DNA of 64,000 bases, taken from positions 516 through 64,515 of the forward strand of contig DAHUYF010000153.1 in NCBI GenBank assembly GCA_027315365.1. Reading direction: 5' to 3'. This document shows positions 1 to 10,384 of this stretch, piece after piece. Under the pieces are notes generated by a model. It ran no database searches. It had not been told where the DNA came from and was given only the letters and a program-made list of their open reading frames with translations. This stretch comes from Rhodospirillales bacterium. Its GTDB lineage: Bacteria > Pseudomonadota > Alphaproteobacteria > ATCC43930 > CGMCC-115725. Within the stretch, counting starts at the first letter, position 1. Each line of letters begins with the position of its first letter. The translations under genes were made by a program, and so were the position numbers.

Positions 1-89
1 CGCAACCTTCGGGCGGGGCAGACCGATGAGGAACATCCAGAGCAACCCGATCATGCCGTCGACTGCGTGCATCGCTTCGCCTCAACGAC

Positions 90-1172
90 ATGCGATGGGC
101 ATTGATCATGCGCACCTCCCTATCCGGCATTCTGCTGAACGACGGCGCCGCAAACCTGCAACGCCGGATTTTCACCCTCTATACCGTGCTCGTCGGCGCA
201 AATCTGGCCGCCTGGGCCTGGGCACTTGCGGTGCTGCGCGACTACCCGACCCTGTTGGGGACTGCGATTCTTGCATACACCTTCGGCCTGCGGCACGCGG
301 TAGACGCCGACCATATCGCCACCATCGATAACGTCACGCGGAAGCTGATGCAGGAGGGCAAGCGCCCGATCGCCGCCGGCTTCTTCTTTTCCATCGGCCA
401 TTCCGCCGTGGTACTGGCGACGTCCGTGGCCATTGCCGTAGCGGCCGCGGCGGCGCAATCGCGCTTCGAGGCTTTCAAGGCGATCGGCGCCGTGGTTGCC
501 ACCTGCGTGTCCGCGTTCTTCCTGTTTACGATCGCCGCCGTCAACGTGCTGATTTTCACCTCGGTCTACCGCACGTTCCGCGCGGTGAAGCGGGGAGAGG
601 GTCTGGTCGAAGAGGAGCTGAATACGCTCTTGAACGGCCGAGGCGTTCTGGCGCGTCTCTTTCGCCCGCTGTTCCGGATGGTGAGCCGGAGTTGGCGTCT
701 CCTGCCGATTGGTCTGCTGTTCGGCCTTGGATTCGATACGGTGACGGAGGTGGGCCTGTTCGGAATCTCCGCAGCGCAGGCGTCCAAAGGGTTATCGCTG
801 TCCCTGGTCCTGGTGTTTCCGGCGCTTTTCACCGTCGGCATGTCGCTCGTGGATACCACGGACAGCATCTTGATGGTGGGCGCCTATGGTTGGGCGTTCA
901 CCAAGCCGATCCGCAAGCTTTTTTACAACATGTCCATCACGCTGGTATCCGTCGCGGTGGCCATCGCCATCGGCGGAATCGAGACGCTTGGATTGATCGC
1001 CGACCAGTTCAATTTGCGTGGGGCGTTCTGGAAAATGATCGGCACGCTCAACGACAATTGGGGCACGCTCGGATATGTCATCATCGGGCTTTTCGGCGCA
1101 AGCTGGCTGGGCTCGTTCGCGATCTACCGCCTCAAGCGCTACGACGAGGTCGACATCCGCGTATCGTCTTGA
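90..1172 (+). CDS. NiCoT-family nickel/cobalt permease (HoxN/HupN/NixA type)
   Basis: 360-aa polytopic membrane ORF. Carries the NiCoT signature LRHAVDADHIATIDNVTRK (H-x4-DH). Alternative ATG at 108. Confidence 0.85.
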   Translation: MRWALIMRTSLSGILLNDGAANLQRRIFTLYTVLVGANLAAWAWALAVLRDYPTLLGTAILAYTFGLRHAVDADHIATIDNVTRKLMQEGKRPIAAGFFFSIGHSAVVLATSVAIAVAAAAAQSRFEAFKAIGAVVATCVSAFFLFTIAAVNVLIFTSVYRTFRAVKRGEGLVEEELNTLLNGRGVLARLFRPLFRMVSRSWRLLPIGLLFGLGFDTVTEVGLFGISAAQASKGLSLSLVLVFPALFTVGMSLVDTTDSILMVGAYGWAFTKPIRKLFYNMSITLVSVAVAIAIGGIETLGLIADQFNLRGAFWKMIGTLNDNWGTLGYVIIGLFGASWLGSFAIYRLKRYDEVDIRVSS

Positions 1173-1208
1173 ACCGGGCGCCGCGCAAACTGATCGTGGC
1201 CCGGCAGC

Positions 1209-3020
1209 CTACCGCCGTCCGAACAGCTTCTCGATCTCGGCGAGGCCGAGCTCGACATAGGTGGGGCGGCCGTGATTGCACTGGCCGCTATGCGGCGTGC
1301 GCTCCATCTGGCGCAGCAGCGCGTCCATCTCGGCCTGGGTCAGGCGGCGGCCGGCGCGGACGCTGCCGTGGCAGGCGAGCGTGCCGCAGACCTCTTCGAG
1401 CCGCTCCTTCAGCGCCAGCGCGTCGCCGAGCTCGGCCAATTCGTCGGCGAGGTCGCGCACCAGCCCCTGTACGTCGGTCTCGCCCAGCAGCGCCGGCACC
1501 TCGCGCACCACCACGGCGCCGGTGCCGAAAGGCTCGAGCAGCAGGCCGAGTTCGGCCAGCTCCGCGGCGCGGACGCCGAGGCGCGCCGCCGCGGCCTCCT
1601 CGAGCTCGACCACTTCCGGCAGCAGCAGGATCTGCCGCACCACGCCGTTGGCGGCGAGCGACGCCTTCATGCGCTCATAGACCAGCCGCTCATGGGCAGC
1701 GTGCTGGTCGACGATGACCATGCCGCGCGCGGTCTGCGCCACGATGTAGGTGTCGTGGAGCTGCGCGCGGGCGGCGCCGAGCGGGTAGCTCTCGGCCGCC
1801 TCGCTCTGCTCCGCTGGCGCGGTCGGGCGGGCCGACGGCAGGTCGAGGCCGAGCCCGGCCGGCAGCGGCGCCTGGTAGAGCGCCGCCGCCTCGGCCAAGC
1901 CGGGCGCGGGCGCGGCGGCGCCCCAGCCGCCGCGCGAATACAGCGGTGCGCCGGGGCGGAAGGCGGCGAGCGCATCGGCGGAGGTGGTGGTGGCGGCGCG
2001 GTGGCCGGCGGCGGCCAGCGCCTGGCGCAGCGATCCCACGATCAGGCCGCGCACCAGCCCGGCATCCCGGAAGCGCACCTCGGCCTTGGCCGGGTGGACG
2101 TTGACGTCAACCTCGTCCTCGGGCAGGTCGAGGAACAGCGCCACCATCGGATGGCGGTCGCGGGCGAGGAAATCCTGGTAGGCGCCGCGCACCGCACCGA
2201 CCAGCAGCTTGTCGCGCACCGGGCGGCCGTTGACGAAGAGATACTGGTCGCGGGCGGTGGCGCGGTTGAGCGTAGGAAGCCCGGCCAGCCCGCCGAGCCG
2301 CACGCGCTCGCGTTCGGCGGCGATCGTCAGCGCGTTGTCGGCGAAGTCGCGGCCGAGAATGGCGGCAAGCCGCGCGCGGCGAGCGGCGCCGGGATCGGCC
2401 TCGGCGAGATCGCCGCGCTGGGCGGAGAGACGTAGCAGCACCCGGTCCTCGTCGCCGAGCACGGTGAAGGATATCGCGGGATAGGCCATGGCGAGGCGAC
2501 GCACCGCATCGACCGCCTGGTCGCGCTCGCTGCGCGCGGTCTTGAGGAATTTGAGCCGCGCCGGGGTGGCGTAGAAGAGGTCGCGCACTTCGACCCGCGT
2601 GCCTGAAGGCTGCGCCGCCGGCAGCGGCGCGCCCTTGGCGCCGCCCTCGACCGCCAGCGACCACGCCTCGGCAGTACCCCGCCGCCGGCTCGCCAGGCTC
2701 AGCCGGCTGACCGCGCCGATGGACGGCAGCGCCTCGCCGCGGAATCCGAGGCTGGTGATGCGCAGGAGATCGTCGTCGGGCAGCTTCGAGGTGCAATGCC
2801 GCTCGACCGCGAGCACCAGCTCGTCGCGGCTCATGCCCTGGCCGTCGTCGCCGACCACGATCAGGCTCTGGCCGCCGTCGCGCAGCACCACCTCGATATG
2901 GGCGGCGCCGGCATCGATGGCGTTCTCGACCAGCTCCTTCACCGCCGAGGCGGGACGCTCGACCACCTCGCCGGCGGCGATGCGGTTGACGAGCACGGGC
3001 GGCAATTGGCGGATGGACAT
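1209..3020 (-). CDS. mutL: DNA mismatch repair protein MutL
   Basis: N-terminal GHKL ATPase motifs ([25 protein letters not shown]). C-terminal endonuclease-type motifs [12 protein letters not shown] and CNHGRPT. The track ORF runs to 3095, but the homologous N-terminus starts at MSIRQLP (ATG 3020). Confidence 0.95.
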   Translation of the reverse strand: MSIRQLPPVLVNRIAAGEVVERPASAVKELVENAIDAGAAHIEVVLRDGGQSLIVVGDDGQGMSRDELVLAVERHCTSKLPDDDLLRITSLGFRGEALPSIGAVSRLSLASRRRGTAEAWSLAVEGGAKGAPLPAAQPSGTRVEVRDLFYATPARLKFLKTARSERDQAVDAVRRLAMAYPAISFTVLGDEDRVLLRLSAQRGDLAEADPGAARRARLAAILGRDFADNALTIAAERERVRLGGLAGLPTLNRATARDQYLFVNGRPVRDKLLVGAVRGAYQDFLARDRHPMVALFLDLPEDEVDVNVHPAKAEVRFRDAGLVRGLIVGSLRQALAAAGHRAATTTSADALAAFRPGAPLYSRGGWGAAAPAPGLAEAAALYQAPLPAGLGLDLPSARPTAPAEQSEAAESYPLGAARAQLHDTYIVAQTARGMVIVDQHAAHERLVYERMKASLAANGVVRQILLLPEVVELEEAAAARLGVRAAELAELGLLLEPFGTGAVVVREVPALLGETDVQGLVRDLADELAELGDALALKERLEEVCGTLACHGSVRAGRRLTQAEMDALLRQMERTPHSGQCNHGRPTYVELGLAEIEKLFGRR

Positions 3021-3100
3021 GGGGATATTGTGCGCCAAGGGGCTTCGAGTCGCCAAGCTCAAGCTGGCGCCGCCGGCGGGCGGCGAGTCGCGCATCGCCG

Positions 3101-4444
3101 TCAGCCGCCGTCCGGCGGCACCTCCACGGCGCCAGGCAGCTTATCCGGCGAGCCCACGACGACGAAGGAGAGCTTCGCGGGATCGAGGAGCTTGCGGGCG
3201 ACGCGCCGGGCGTCGTCGATGGTCACCGCGTCGATCAGCGCGTTGCGCTTCGCTAGATAGTCGATGCCAAGCCGGTCGCGCTGGATGACGACCAGCGTCG
3301 CGGCGATGCGGCCGGTGGAATCGAGGCTCAACGGAAAGGAGCCGGTGAGATAGGTCTTGGCGTCGGCCAGTTCCTGCGCCGTCGGACCGTCATCGCGCAT
3401 GCGCCGCCATTCGGCGCGGACGATCTCGATCGACTGGGCGACGCGGCCGTTCTCGGTGGCGACGCTGCCGATGATCAGGCCGGCATGGCGCAGCGGATCG
3501 AGCGCGCTGTAGATCGAATAGGCCAGGCCGCGCTTCACCCGCACCTCCTTGGTCAGCCGCGAGGAGAAGCCGCCGCCGCCGAGGATGTGGTTGACGACAT
3601 AGGCCGCGTACCAATCGGGGTCGTCGCGCTTGATGCCGGGCTGACCGAAGGTGACGACGCTTTGCGGGATCGGCAGCCGCGCGAGCAGCAGCGGCCGCGC
3701 CGCTGCGACCGTGGTCTCGGCCACCGCCCCCGCCGCCGCCTCGGCCGGCAGGTCGCCGAAGGTGCGGTCGAGCAGCCGCTTCAGCGCCTCGGGCGTGACG
3801 TCGCCGACGACGCCGATCAGCAGCGCAGCCCGGGTGAAGCGGCTCTTGACCAGCGCCCGCATGTCGTCGACGCCGATCCGAGCGACGCTTTCGGGCGTGC
3901 CGCGCCGCGGGCGGGCGTAGGGGTGGTCGCCGAAGGCGTTGCGGAACCACAGCGTCCCGGCGATGTATTGCGGCCGCTGCCGATCGCGCTCGATCTCGCC
4001 GAGCAGCTGGCCGCGCACGCGCGCCACCGCCGGCGCATCGAAGCGCGGCGCGGTCAGGGCCAGATGCAGCAGCTCCAGCGACGGCGCGAGATTGGCCGAG
4101 ATGCTGTGCAGCGAGATGCCGATCTCGTCCTCGGCGGCATCGATGTCGAGCGAGGCGGCAAGGTCCTCGAGGCGGCCCTGGAAGACCTCGCTGTCGAACT
4201 CGCCGGCGCCCTCGTCGAGCAGATCGGCGGTCAGCGTGGCGAGGCCGGATTTGTCGGCGGGATCGAGCGCCGCACCACCGCGGAAGCTGACATCGAGTGT
4301 CACCACCGGCAGGCTGTGATCCTCGACCAGCCAGGCGGTGATGCCGCCGGGACTGGTCACCGCTTCGACTTCGGTCGCCGCCTCGGCCGGCAGCGCCGCG
4401 AGCAGAAACAGGAAGGCGGTGGCGAGGGCGCTGGCGACGCTCAC
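3101..4444 (-). CDS. M16-family peptidase-like protein, probable non-catalytic partner subunit
   Basis: 447 aa with a signal peptide ([21 protein letters not shown]). M16-like sequence, but no HxxEH motif is visible. The GTG start overlaps the stop of the upstream M16 gene (GTGA at 4441-4444). The 622-aa track ORF is an Arg-rich run-on into that gene. Confidence 0.85.
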   Translation of the reverse strand: MSVASALATAFLFLLAALPAEAATEVEAVTSPGGITAWLVEDHSLPVVTLDVSFRGGAALDPADKSGLATLTADLLDEGAGEFDSEVFQGRLEDLAASLDIDAAEDEIGISLHSISANLAPSLELLHLALTAPRFDAPAVARVRGQLLGEIERDRQRPQYIAGTLWFRNAFGDHPYARPRRGTPESVARIGVDDMRALVKSRFTRAALLIGVVGDVTPEALKRLLDRTFGDLPAEAAAGAVAETTVAAARPLLLARLPIPQSVVTFGQPGIKRDDPDWYAAYVVNHILGGGGFSSRLTKEVRVKRGLAYSIYSALDPLRHAGLIIGSVATENGRVAQSIEIVRAEWRRMRDDGPTAQELADAKTYLTGSFPLSLDSTGRIAATLVVIQRDRLGIDYLAKRNALIDAVTIDDARRVARKLLDPAKLSFVVVGSPDKLPGAVEVPPDGG

Positions 4445-5787
4445 GACGTCGGCTCCGGCAGCAGCACGCCGGTCACGCCGATATCGTCGTGGATGACCAG
4501 CCGCGCGGCGGCGTTGACCTCGTCCAGGGTGACCGCGCCGATGTGCTGCGGCCAGGTCTCGACATCGTCGAGGCTGCGCCCGGTGGCGAGCGCCGCACCG
4601 ACGACGCGCGCCGGGCCGTCGAGGCTGTCGCGGGCATAGACCGCTTGCTGCTGCATGTGGCGCTTGGCGCGGTCGACTTCCTCCTGCGTCAGTCCGTCCT
4701 TGAGCGCGCTCTTGACCACCGCCTCGACCGCGGCTTCGAGATCGGCGATGGCGACGCCCTTCTTGGGCGTGGCGTAGAAGCCGAAAGTGGCGAGGTCGAG
4801 GGCGCCGGGGTCGTAGAAGGCGCCGGCGGCGAGCGCCACGCCCTGCTGCAGCACCAGCGTGCGGTAGAGCCGCGACGTGACGCCGCCGCCCAGCGCCTCG
4901 GCCAGCACCTGAAGCGCATAGGCGTATTGCCGATCGCCGGCGGTGTAGCTCGGCGCGAGATACGAGCATGACCAGGACGGCTCGCCGGCGCGCGGGCTCT
5001 TCATCACCACGCGGGTCGAGGCCACCTTGCGCGGCTCCTGGGCGCGGTTGCGCGCCGGCACCGGACGCGCCGGGATCGGTCCGTAATATTTCTCGGCGAG
5101 CGCGCGAACCCGCTCGAGCGTGACGTCGCCGCCGATCACCAGCACGGCGTTGTTGGGCGCGTACCAGCGGCGATAGAAGGCGAGCGCGTCGGCGGTGGTC
5201 AGGCGGCGCATCTCGTTCTCCCAGCCGATCACCGGATTGTGGTACGGGTGGTTGAGGAACAGCGCGGCGTTGACCTGCTCGTTCAGCAGCGCCGAGGGGT
5301 TGTTGTCGATGCGGGTATGCCGCTCCTCGACGATCACGTCGCGCTCCGGCAGCACCACGGCGTCGGTCAGCACCAGGCCGGTCATGCGCTCGCTCTCGAG
5401 CTTCATGACGAGTTCGAGCCGGTCGGAAGCGACGTTCTGGTAAAAGGCGGTGTAGTCGGCGGTGGTGAAGGCGTTCTCGCGCCCGCCATTCTGCTCGACG
5501 AGGCGCGAGAAGGCGCCGGGCGGCGTCTCCGTCGTGCCCTTGAACATCAGATGCTCGAGGAAGTGCGCGAGCCCGGTCTTGCCGCGATGCTCGTCGGCCG
5601 AGCCCACCTTGTACCAGATCATCTGCGTCACGATCGGCGCCCGGTGATTCTCGATCACCACTACCTGCAGCCCGTTGGCCAGGGCGAAGCTTCGGGCGTT
5701 GAACTGCCTGGCCTGCTGCGCGCGCGCCACCGCCGGCAGCGCCAGCACGAGCAGCATGACAAAGCCGGACAGCAGCGCTCTCGCCAC
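4441..5787 (-). CDS. M16-family zinc metallopeptidase (pitrilysin/MPP-like), catalytic subunit
   Basis: Signal peptide MARALLSGFVMLLVLALPAVARA. Inverted zinc-binding motif HFLEHLMFKGT (HxxEH). Confidence 0.9.
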   Translation of the reverse strand: MARALLSGFVMLLVLALPAVARAQQARQFNARSFALANGLQVVVIENHRAPIVTQMIWYKVGSADEHRGKTGLAHFLEHLMFKGTTETPPGAFSRLVEQNGGRENAFTTADYTAFYQNVASDRLELVMKLESERMTGLVLTDAVVLPERDVIVEERHTRIDNNPSALLNEQVNAALFLNHPYHNPVIGWENEMRRLTTADALAFYRRWYAPNNAVLVIGGDVTLERVRALAEKYYGPIPARPVPARNRAQEPRKVASTRVVMKSPRAGEPSWSCSYLAPSYTAGDRQYAYALQVLAEALGGGVTSRLYRTLVLQQGVALAAGAFYDPGALDLATFGFYATPKKGVAIADLEAAVEAVVKSALKDGLTQEEVDRAKRHMQQQAVYARDSLDGPARVVGAALATGRSLDDVETWPQHIGAVTLDEVNAAARLVIHDDIGVTGVLLPEPTS

Positions 5788-5825
5788 GATTTCCTCCCTG
5801 CGGGCGCGGATGCCGGCGATGGGGT

Positions 5826-6416
5826 CTAGAAGGTTCCGAGCATGGTCGGCGGCTTGGCGCGCTCGATCACCGGCGCGCCGGTCAGGCCCTGACGCGTCGC
5901 CGGAGCGTTCGCCGCCGCCTGGCTGCCCTTCAGCCGCTGCGCCTCCTGATTGGGATCGATCACCTGATCGATGGCCAGCGGCTTGTCGGGGCCGCGCCAG
6001 AACAGCAGCTTGTCGACGAAGCTCTGGTCGAGTGGCTTGTCGCCGGCCTGCGCCTCCCGGGCCAGGGTCTGGCGGATGTCGGGCGCGGCGCTGGCAGCGC
6101 CGGCCTCTTGCAGCAGGACGTTCTCGCCCTCGCTGCGCTGTTCGGCGCCGGGCAGCGCCGACGCCTTGTCGTCGCCGGCGCGGAAGATGGTCTGCTTGGC
6201 CTGTTCAGTGGGAGAAACCTCATGCGCCGGCGCGGCGCCGGGTTCCGGCGGGCGCAGCGCATAGTCCGGCGGGATGGCGAGCGGCGCGCCCGACACCACG
6301 GCGAACTCGTCGGGTACCACCTTCTCGATGCCGAAGGCGCGATCGAGACTGTCGCAGCCGCCGAGCGCGAGCGCCGCAACCGCCACGAAGGATACCAGAC
6401 CGGCGCAGTGTCGCAT
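5826..6416 (-). CDS. DUF3035-type lipoprotein
   Basis: Lipobox LALGGC follows the start at MRHCAGLVSF (ATG 6416; the ORF extends to 6467). Pro/Ala-rich mature part. Its position between lspA and the M16 genes matches what I recall from other alphaproteobacteria. Confidence 0.7.
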   Translation of the reverse strand: MRHCAGLVSFVAVAALALGGCDSLDRAFGIEKVVPDEFAVVSGAPLAIPPDYALRPPEPGAAPAHEVSPTEQAKQTIFRAGDDKASALPGAEQRSEGENVLLQEAGAASAAPDIRQTLAREAQAGDKPLDQSFVDKLLFWRGPDKPLAIDQVIDPNQEAQRLKGSQAAANAPATRQGLTGAPVIERAKPPTMLGTF

Positions 6417-6441
6417 CGGCACAAACCCTATTCCACCCCGC

Positions 6442-6918
6442 CTAATTAGTCGCTTTGGCGCGCGCAAGCAAGCTGTCCAGCAGCATCAGCCCGACTCCGA
6501 CCGAAATCGCCGCATCCGCCAGATTGAAATCGTAAAAATGCCACCGGCCGAGATGGAAATCGAGGAAATCGACGACCGCGCCGCGCCACAAGCGGTCGAC
6601 GACGTTGCCGACGGCGCCGCCGACGACCAGACCGACGGCAAAGACCACCAGCGGCTCGCGCGCCCGCCACAGCCAGACCAGCAGCCCGGCGACGATCACC
6701 GCCGCCAACGCGGTGAAGACGACGGCGTTGATGGCGGCGCGGTTGTTGAAGAGGCCGAAGCTCATGCCGCGGTTCCAGGTCAGCGCCAGGTTGAAGAATC
6801 CGGTCACCGGCACGATGTCGCCCGACGGCCGGACCGAAAACAGCGACAGGATCCATGTCTTGGCGAGCTGATCGGCGAGCGCCACGACGGCCGCCACGGC
6901 AAGGCCGCGCCCGAACAT
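6442..6918 (-). CDS. lspA: Lipoprotein signal peptidase (signal peptidase II)
   Basis: 158-aa four-TM protein with typical LspA motifs (NRGMSFG, GGAVGNVVDR, VVDFLDF, FNLAD). The start ATG at 6918 shares one base with the ileS stop. The track ORF to 7497 is a run-on. Confidence 0.92.
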   Translation of the reverse strand: MFGRGLAVAAVVALADQLAKTWILSLFSVRPSGDIVPVTGFFNLALTWNRGMSFGLFNNRAAINAVVFTALAAVIVAGLLVWLWRAREPLVVFAVGLVVGGAVGNVVDRLWRGAVVDFLDFHLGRWHFYDFNLADAAISVGVGLMLLDSLLARAKATN

Positions 6919-9743
6919 CAGGCCGCCCTCGCCACCGCATCGGCACAGCGCCGGCAGAGATCGGGGTGGGACGCCTCGGACCCGACCTCGGGCAGGACGC
7001 GCCAGCAGCGCTGGCACTTGTCGCCGGGCGCCGGGCCGACCGCCACCGCGACGCCGGCGACGTCGGGAAGGGTGAAGGCGCCGGCCGGCGGCGGCGCGGT
7101 GCCGAGCGTCCCGTCGGAAGTGATGCAGATCTCGGCGAGATCGAGCCCGGAGAGCAGCGCGACGTCCTCGGCCGCGGCGTGGATGGCGACGCTCGCCTGC
7201 AGGCTCGAACCGATGCGCTTTTGCGCGCGCTCGAGCTCGAGCGCGCCGGTGACGACGCGCCGCAGCTCGCGAATGCGCGCCCATTTCCGCCCGAGCGCGT
7301 CGTCGTGCCAAGCGGCGGGCACCTCGGCATAGGTCTCGAGATGCACGCTGCTCTCCGCGGTGTCGCCGTGGCGGCTGAGCCACGCCTCCTCCGCGGTGAA
7401 GCACAGCACCGGTGCCAGCCAGCGCACCAGGCAGTCGAAGACGCGGTCGAGCACGGTGCGCGCGGCGCGCCGGCGCGGCGCGGCGGGCGGATCGCAATAG
7501 AGCGCGTCCTTGCGCACGTCGAAATAGAAGGCGGAGAGATCGACCGCGCAGAAATTATGCAGCGCGGTGAACATGCCGTGGAAATCGTAAGCCGCAGCCG
7601 CCCCGCGCACCACCGCGTCGAGTTCGGCGAGGCGGTGAAGCACGTAGCGTTCGAGCTCGGGCATGGCGTCGTGTGCGATGCGCTCGCCCGCGGAGAACCC
7701 CGCGAGATTGCCCAGGAGATAGCGCAGCGTGTTGCGCAGCCGGCGATAGGCATCGGCCTGGTATTTCAGGATTTCGGGACCGATGCGGAGATCCTCGGTG
7801 TAGTCCGAGGCCACCACCCAGAGCCGCAGGATATCGGCGCCGCTCTGCGCCACCACGTCCTGCGGCGCCACGGTGTTGCCGAGCGACTTCGACATCTTGC
7901 GCCCCTGCTCGTCGAGCACGAAGCCGTGCGTCAGCACCGCGTCGTAGGGCGCGCGGCCGCGCGTGCCGCAGGATTCCAGCAGCGAGGAATGAAACCAGCC
8001 GCGATGCTGGTCGGAGCCTTCGAGATAGAGATCCGCCGGCCAATGCAGGTCGGGCCGCGTCTCCAGCACGAAGGCGTGGGTCGAGCCGCTGTCAAACCAG
8101 ACATCGACGATGTCCTTGATCTGCTCGTAATCCGCGGGGTCGCGGTCGCCGAGGAATTGTCGGGGATCGGCGGTGTACCAGGCGTCGGCGCCCGCACGCT
8201 CGAAGGCCTCGGCGATGCGGTCGATCACGCCCTGATCGCGCAGCAGCTCGCCCGAGCGCTTGTCGACGAAGACGGCGATGGGCACGCCCCAGGCGCGCTG
8301 GCGCGAGATCACCCAGTCGGGCCGCGTCTCGATCATCGCGCGGATGCGGTTCTCGCCCTGCGGCGGGATCCAGCGCGTGGCGGCGATGGCGTCGAGCGCC
8401 TTCTGCCGCAGCCCGTTCGCCGCCATGGAAATGAACCATTGCGGCGTGTTGCGGAAAATCAGCGGCGCCTTGGAGCGCCAGGAATGCGGGTAGGAATGGA
8501 CGAGCGCGCCTTGCGCCAGAAGTGCGCCCGCCTCGGCGATGGCGGCGATGACGGCGCCGTTGGCGTCGCCGGTCTTGCCGTTGGGCCAGTAGACGTGGCG
8601 ACCGGCGAAGAGCGGCACCTGCGGATAATAGGTGCCATCGCCGGCGACCGTCTGCGGCGCCTCGATGCCGTGCTTCTGGCCGAGCTCCCAGTCGTCAGCG
8701 CCGTGGCCGGGCGCAATATGGACGAAGCCGGTGCCGTCGGTGTCGGTGACGAACTCGCCGGCCAGCAGCGGCACCGGAAAATCATAGCCGCCGGCGTGCA
8801 GCGGATGGCGGCAGACGGTGCCGGCGAGGTCGCCACCCTTGAACGCCGCCAGCATCACGCCGCCGGCGCGCAGATCCTTCTCGACCTCGGGCCAGCGATG
8901 CAGGGCGACCAGCAGCTTGTCGCCGACGCGGGCGAGACTGCCTTCGTCGGTACGCACGATCTCGACCAGCACGTACTCGATCGCCTCGCCATAGGCGATG
9001 GCGCGGTTGCCCGGCAGGGTCCAGGGTGTCGTCGTCCAGATCAGCACCGCGGCGCCGGCAAGCTCCGGCCGCGACGGCCGCGCCACCGGGAAGCGGACCC
9101 AGACCGTGGTCGAGCGGTGGTCGTGATATTCGATCTCGGCCTCGGCCAGCGCGGTCTGCTCGACCACGGACCACATCACCGGCTTGGAGCCGCGATAGAG
9201 CCCGCCATTCATGGCGAACTTGCCGATCTCGCGCACGATCTGCGCCTCGGCGGCAAACGACATGGTGGTGTAGGGGTGGTCCCAATCGCCGAGCACGCCG
9301 AGGCGCTTGAACTCCTGGCGCTGCACGTCGAGCCAATGTGCGGCGAAGTCGCGGCACTCGCGGCGGAACTGCACCACCGGCACCGCGTCCTTCGACTGTT
9401 TTCGCGCGCGGTATTCCTCCTCGATCTTCCATTCGATCGGCAGGCCGTGGCAGTCCCAGCCCGGCACATAGATCGCATCCTTGCCGAGCATCTGCTGGGC
9501 GCGGTTGATCACATCCTTGAGGATCTTGTTGAGCGCAGTGCCGAGATGGATGTTGCCGTTGGCGTAGGGCGGACCGTCATGAAGAATGAATTTGGGCCGG
9601 CCCGCGGCGATCTCGCGCTGGCGGCGCCAGAGATCGAGCCGCGCCCAGCGCTCCAGCAGCGCCGGTTCGCGCCGCGGCAGGTCGCCGCGCATGGGAAAGT
9701 CGGTCTGGGGCAGAAAGACGGTGGATTTGTAGTCGGTGGCCAT
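6918..9743 (-). CDS. ileS: Isoleucine--tRNA ligase
   Basis: Class I signatures [11 protein letters not shown] (HIGH type) and [10 protein letters not shown] (KMSKS). CP1 editing region. C-terminal zinc-finger cysteines CQRCW...CRRC. Start taken at [12 protein letters not shown] (ATG 9743). Confidence 0.97.
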   Translation of the reverse strand: MATDYKSTVFLPQTDFPMRGDLPRREPALLERWARLDLWRRQREIAAGRPKFILHDGPPYANGNIHLGTALNKILKDVINRAQQMLGKDAIYVPGWDCHGLPIEWKIEEEYRARKQSKDAVPVVQFRRECRDFAAHWLDVQRQEFKRLGVLGDWDHPYTTMSFAAEAQIVREIGKFAMNGGLYRGSKPVMWSVVEQTALAEAEIEYHDHRSTTVWVRFPVARPSRPELAGAAVLIWTTTPWTLPGNRAIAYGEAIEYVLVEIVRTDEGSLARVGDKLLVALHRWPEVEKDLRAGGVMLAAFKGGDLAGTVCRHPLHAGGYDFPVPLLAGEFVTDTDGTGFVHIAPGHGADDWELGQKHGIEAPQTVAGDGTYYPQVPLFAGRHVYWPNGKTGDANGAVIAAIAEAGALLAQGALVHSYPHSWRSKAPLIFRNTPQWFISMAANGLRQKALDAIAATRWIPPQGENRIRAMIETRPDWVISRQRAWGVPIAVFVDKRSGELLRDQGVIDRIAEAFERAGADAWYTADPRQFLGDRDPADYEQIKDIVDVWFDSGSTHAFVLETRPDLHWPADLYLEGSDQHRGWFHSSLLESCGTRGRAPYDAVLTHGFVLDEQGRKMSKSLGNTVAPQDVVAQSGADILRLWVVASDYTEDLRIGPEILKYQADAYRRLRNTLRYLLGNLAGFSAGERIAHDAMPELERYVLHRLAELDAVVRGAAAAYDFHGMFTALHNFCAVDLSAFYFDVRKDALYCDPPAAPRRRAARTVLDRVFDCLVRWLAPVLCFTAEEAWLSRHGDTAESSVHLETYAEVPAAWHDDALGRKWARIRELRRVVTGALELERAQKRIGSSLQASVAIHAAAEDVALLSGLDLAEICITSDGTLGTAPPPAGAFTLPDVAGVAVAVGPAPGDKCQRCWRVLPEVGSEASHPDLCRRCADAVARAA

Positions 9744-9917
9744 GGCCTCAACGATTTGCAGGGGCGCGCGCCGGAAGCGGCGCAATCGGACGAGACGGGG
9801 TGTTCCCGGCCCTCAGCCGAGGACCGGGCGGCTAATTCGCCGGCTCCGCCGCCATACTGCCGTGACCATGGCGGCGACCATAAGGAAGGGGGATCGAGGC
9901 GTCAACCGGGGCGGCGG

Positions 9918-9956
9918 CGAAACGAGAACGCCCGCCGCGAAGGATCGGGGCGGGCG
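9918..9956 (-). terminator. Rho-independent-type terminator hairpin after the small HNH-related gene
   Basis: 8-bp GC stem, CGCCCGCC (9929-9936) pairing with GGCGGGCG (9949-9956). On the minus strand it is followed by UUCUCGUUUCG. It lies 28 nt downstream of the stop at 9984. Confidence 0.5.
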
Positions 9957-9983
9957 CTTCGAGACCGTCGGGTCCTGTCGATT

Positions 9984-10169
9984 TCAGGTATGGGACGCGG
10001 TGCTCACCGGCTTGCCCCGTTCGAGCGTCCAGGCATATTTGCCGCGGGTCTCGAAAGAGCCGTAGCGAATGCGATTGCCACGGCTGTCACGGCGCCAGGC
10101 GCGCGGATTCTTTCCCCGGATGGTCGGTGCGTTTTCCCATGCGATATCGCGATCTTTCTTTCTCGCCAT
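9984..10169 (-). CDS. Small HNH-endonuclease-related protein lacking the catalytic half (possible gene remnant)
   Basis: 61 aa, MARKKDRDIAWENAPTIRGKNPRAWRRDSRGNRIRYGSFETRGKYAWTLERGKP. GGAG Shine-Dalgarno 9 nt before ATG 10169. The N-terminal two thirds resemble small HNH proteins I recall from Rhizobiales (..RGKNP..WR.D..GN.I.YGSYG..G..GWEIDH..P). Here the DH is replaced by ER and the ORF stops 8 codons later. Confidence 0.5.
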   Translation of the reverse strand: MARKKDRDIAWENAPTIRGKNPRAWRRDSRGNRIRYGSFETRGKYAWTLERGKPVSTASHT

Positions 10170-10304
10170 TTCCACTTACTCCAGAGTGAACAAAAAATTT
10201 ATATGTGCCGCTGAGCGCAGCATTCTTCTTGCTTCTCGACTATCGGAAGCTTGCGCGCCATCGTCAAGACGATCCTGCGTCTCGCGTGCGGCGATATTCG
10301 CGGC

Positions 10305-10335
10305 GAATAAAAATAAATCGGAGAAACAGACTCCG
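10305..10335 (-). terminator. Candidate rho-independent terminator downstream of ribF
   Basis: On the minus strand: CGGAG-ucuguuu-CUCCG hairpin (10319-10335), followed by AUUUAUUUUUAUU (10306-10318). The stem is short but the U tract is very strong. It sits inside a locally AT-rich spacer. Confidence 0.5.
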
Positions 10336-10384
10336 CACTTTCCCTGGAGCGTGCTTCGGCAGAAGCGATTGCGTGCGGCGGAAA

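Noticed and set aside
1-89. A cobalamin or nickel/cobalt riboswitch upstream of the NiCoT transporter gene, and likewise a B12 riboswitch for bluB.
   Set aside because: Only 89 nt are available before the window edge, and I could not recognise a B12-box or other riboswitch core in them. bluB has no leader at all because its start overlaps the upstream gene by ATGA.
6855-10214. A 1119-aa stop-free ORF antisense to the whole of ileS. This is tempting as an overlapping gene, or as a Rodin-Ohno-style sense/antisense pair.
   Set aside because: The product is an Arg/Ala/Gly/Asp-rich low-complexity sequence with no motif. At this G+C content, the codons whose complements read as stops in the antisense frame (TTA, CTA, TCA) are almost absent from the sense gene, so long shadow ORFs are expected. 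The sense frame carries unmistakable IleS motifs.
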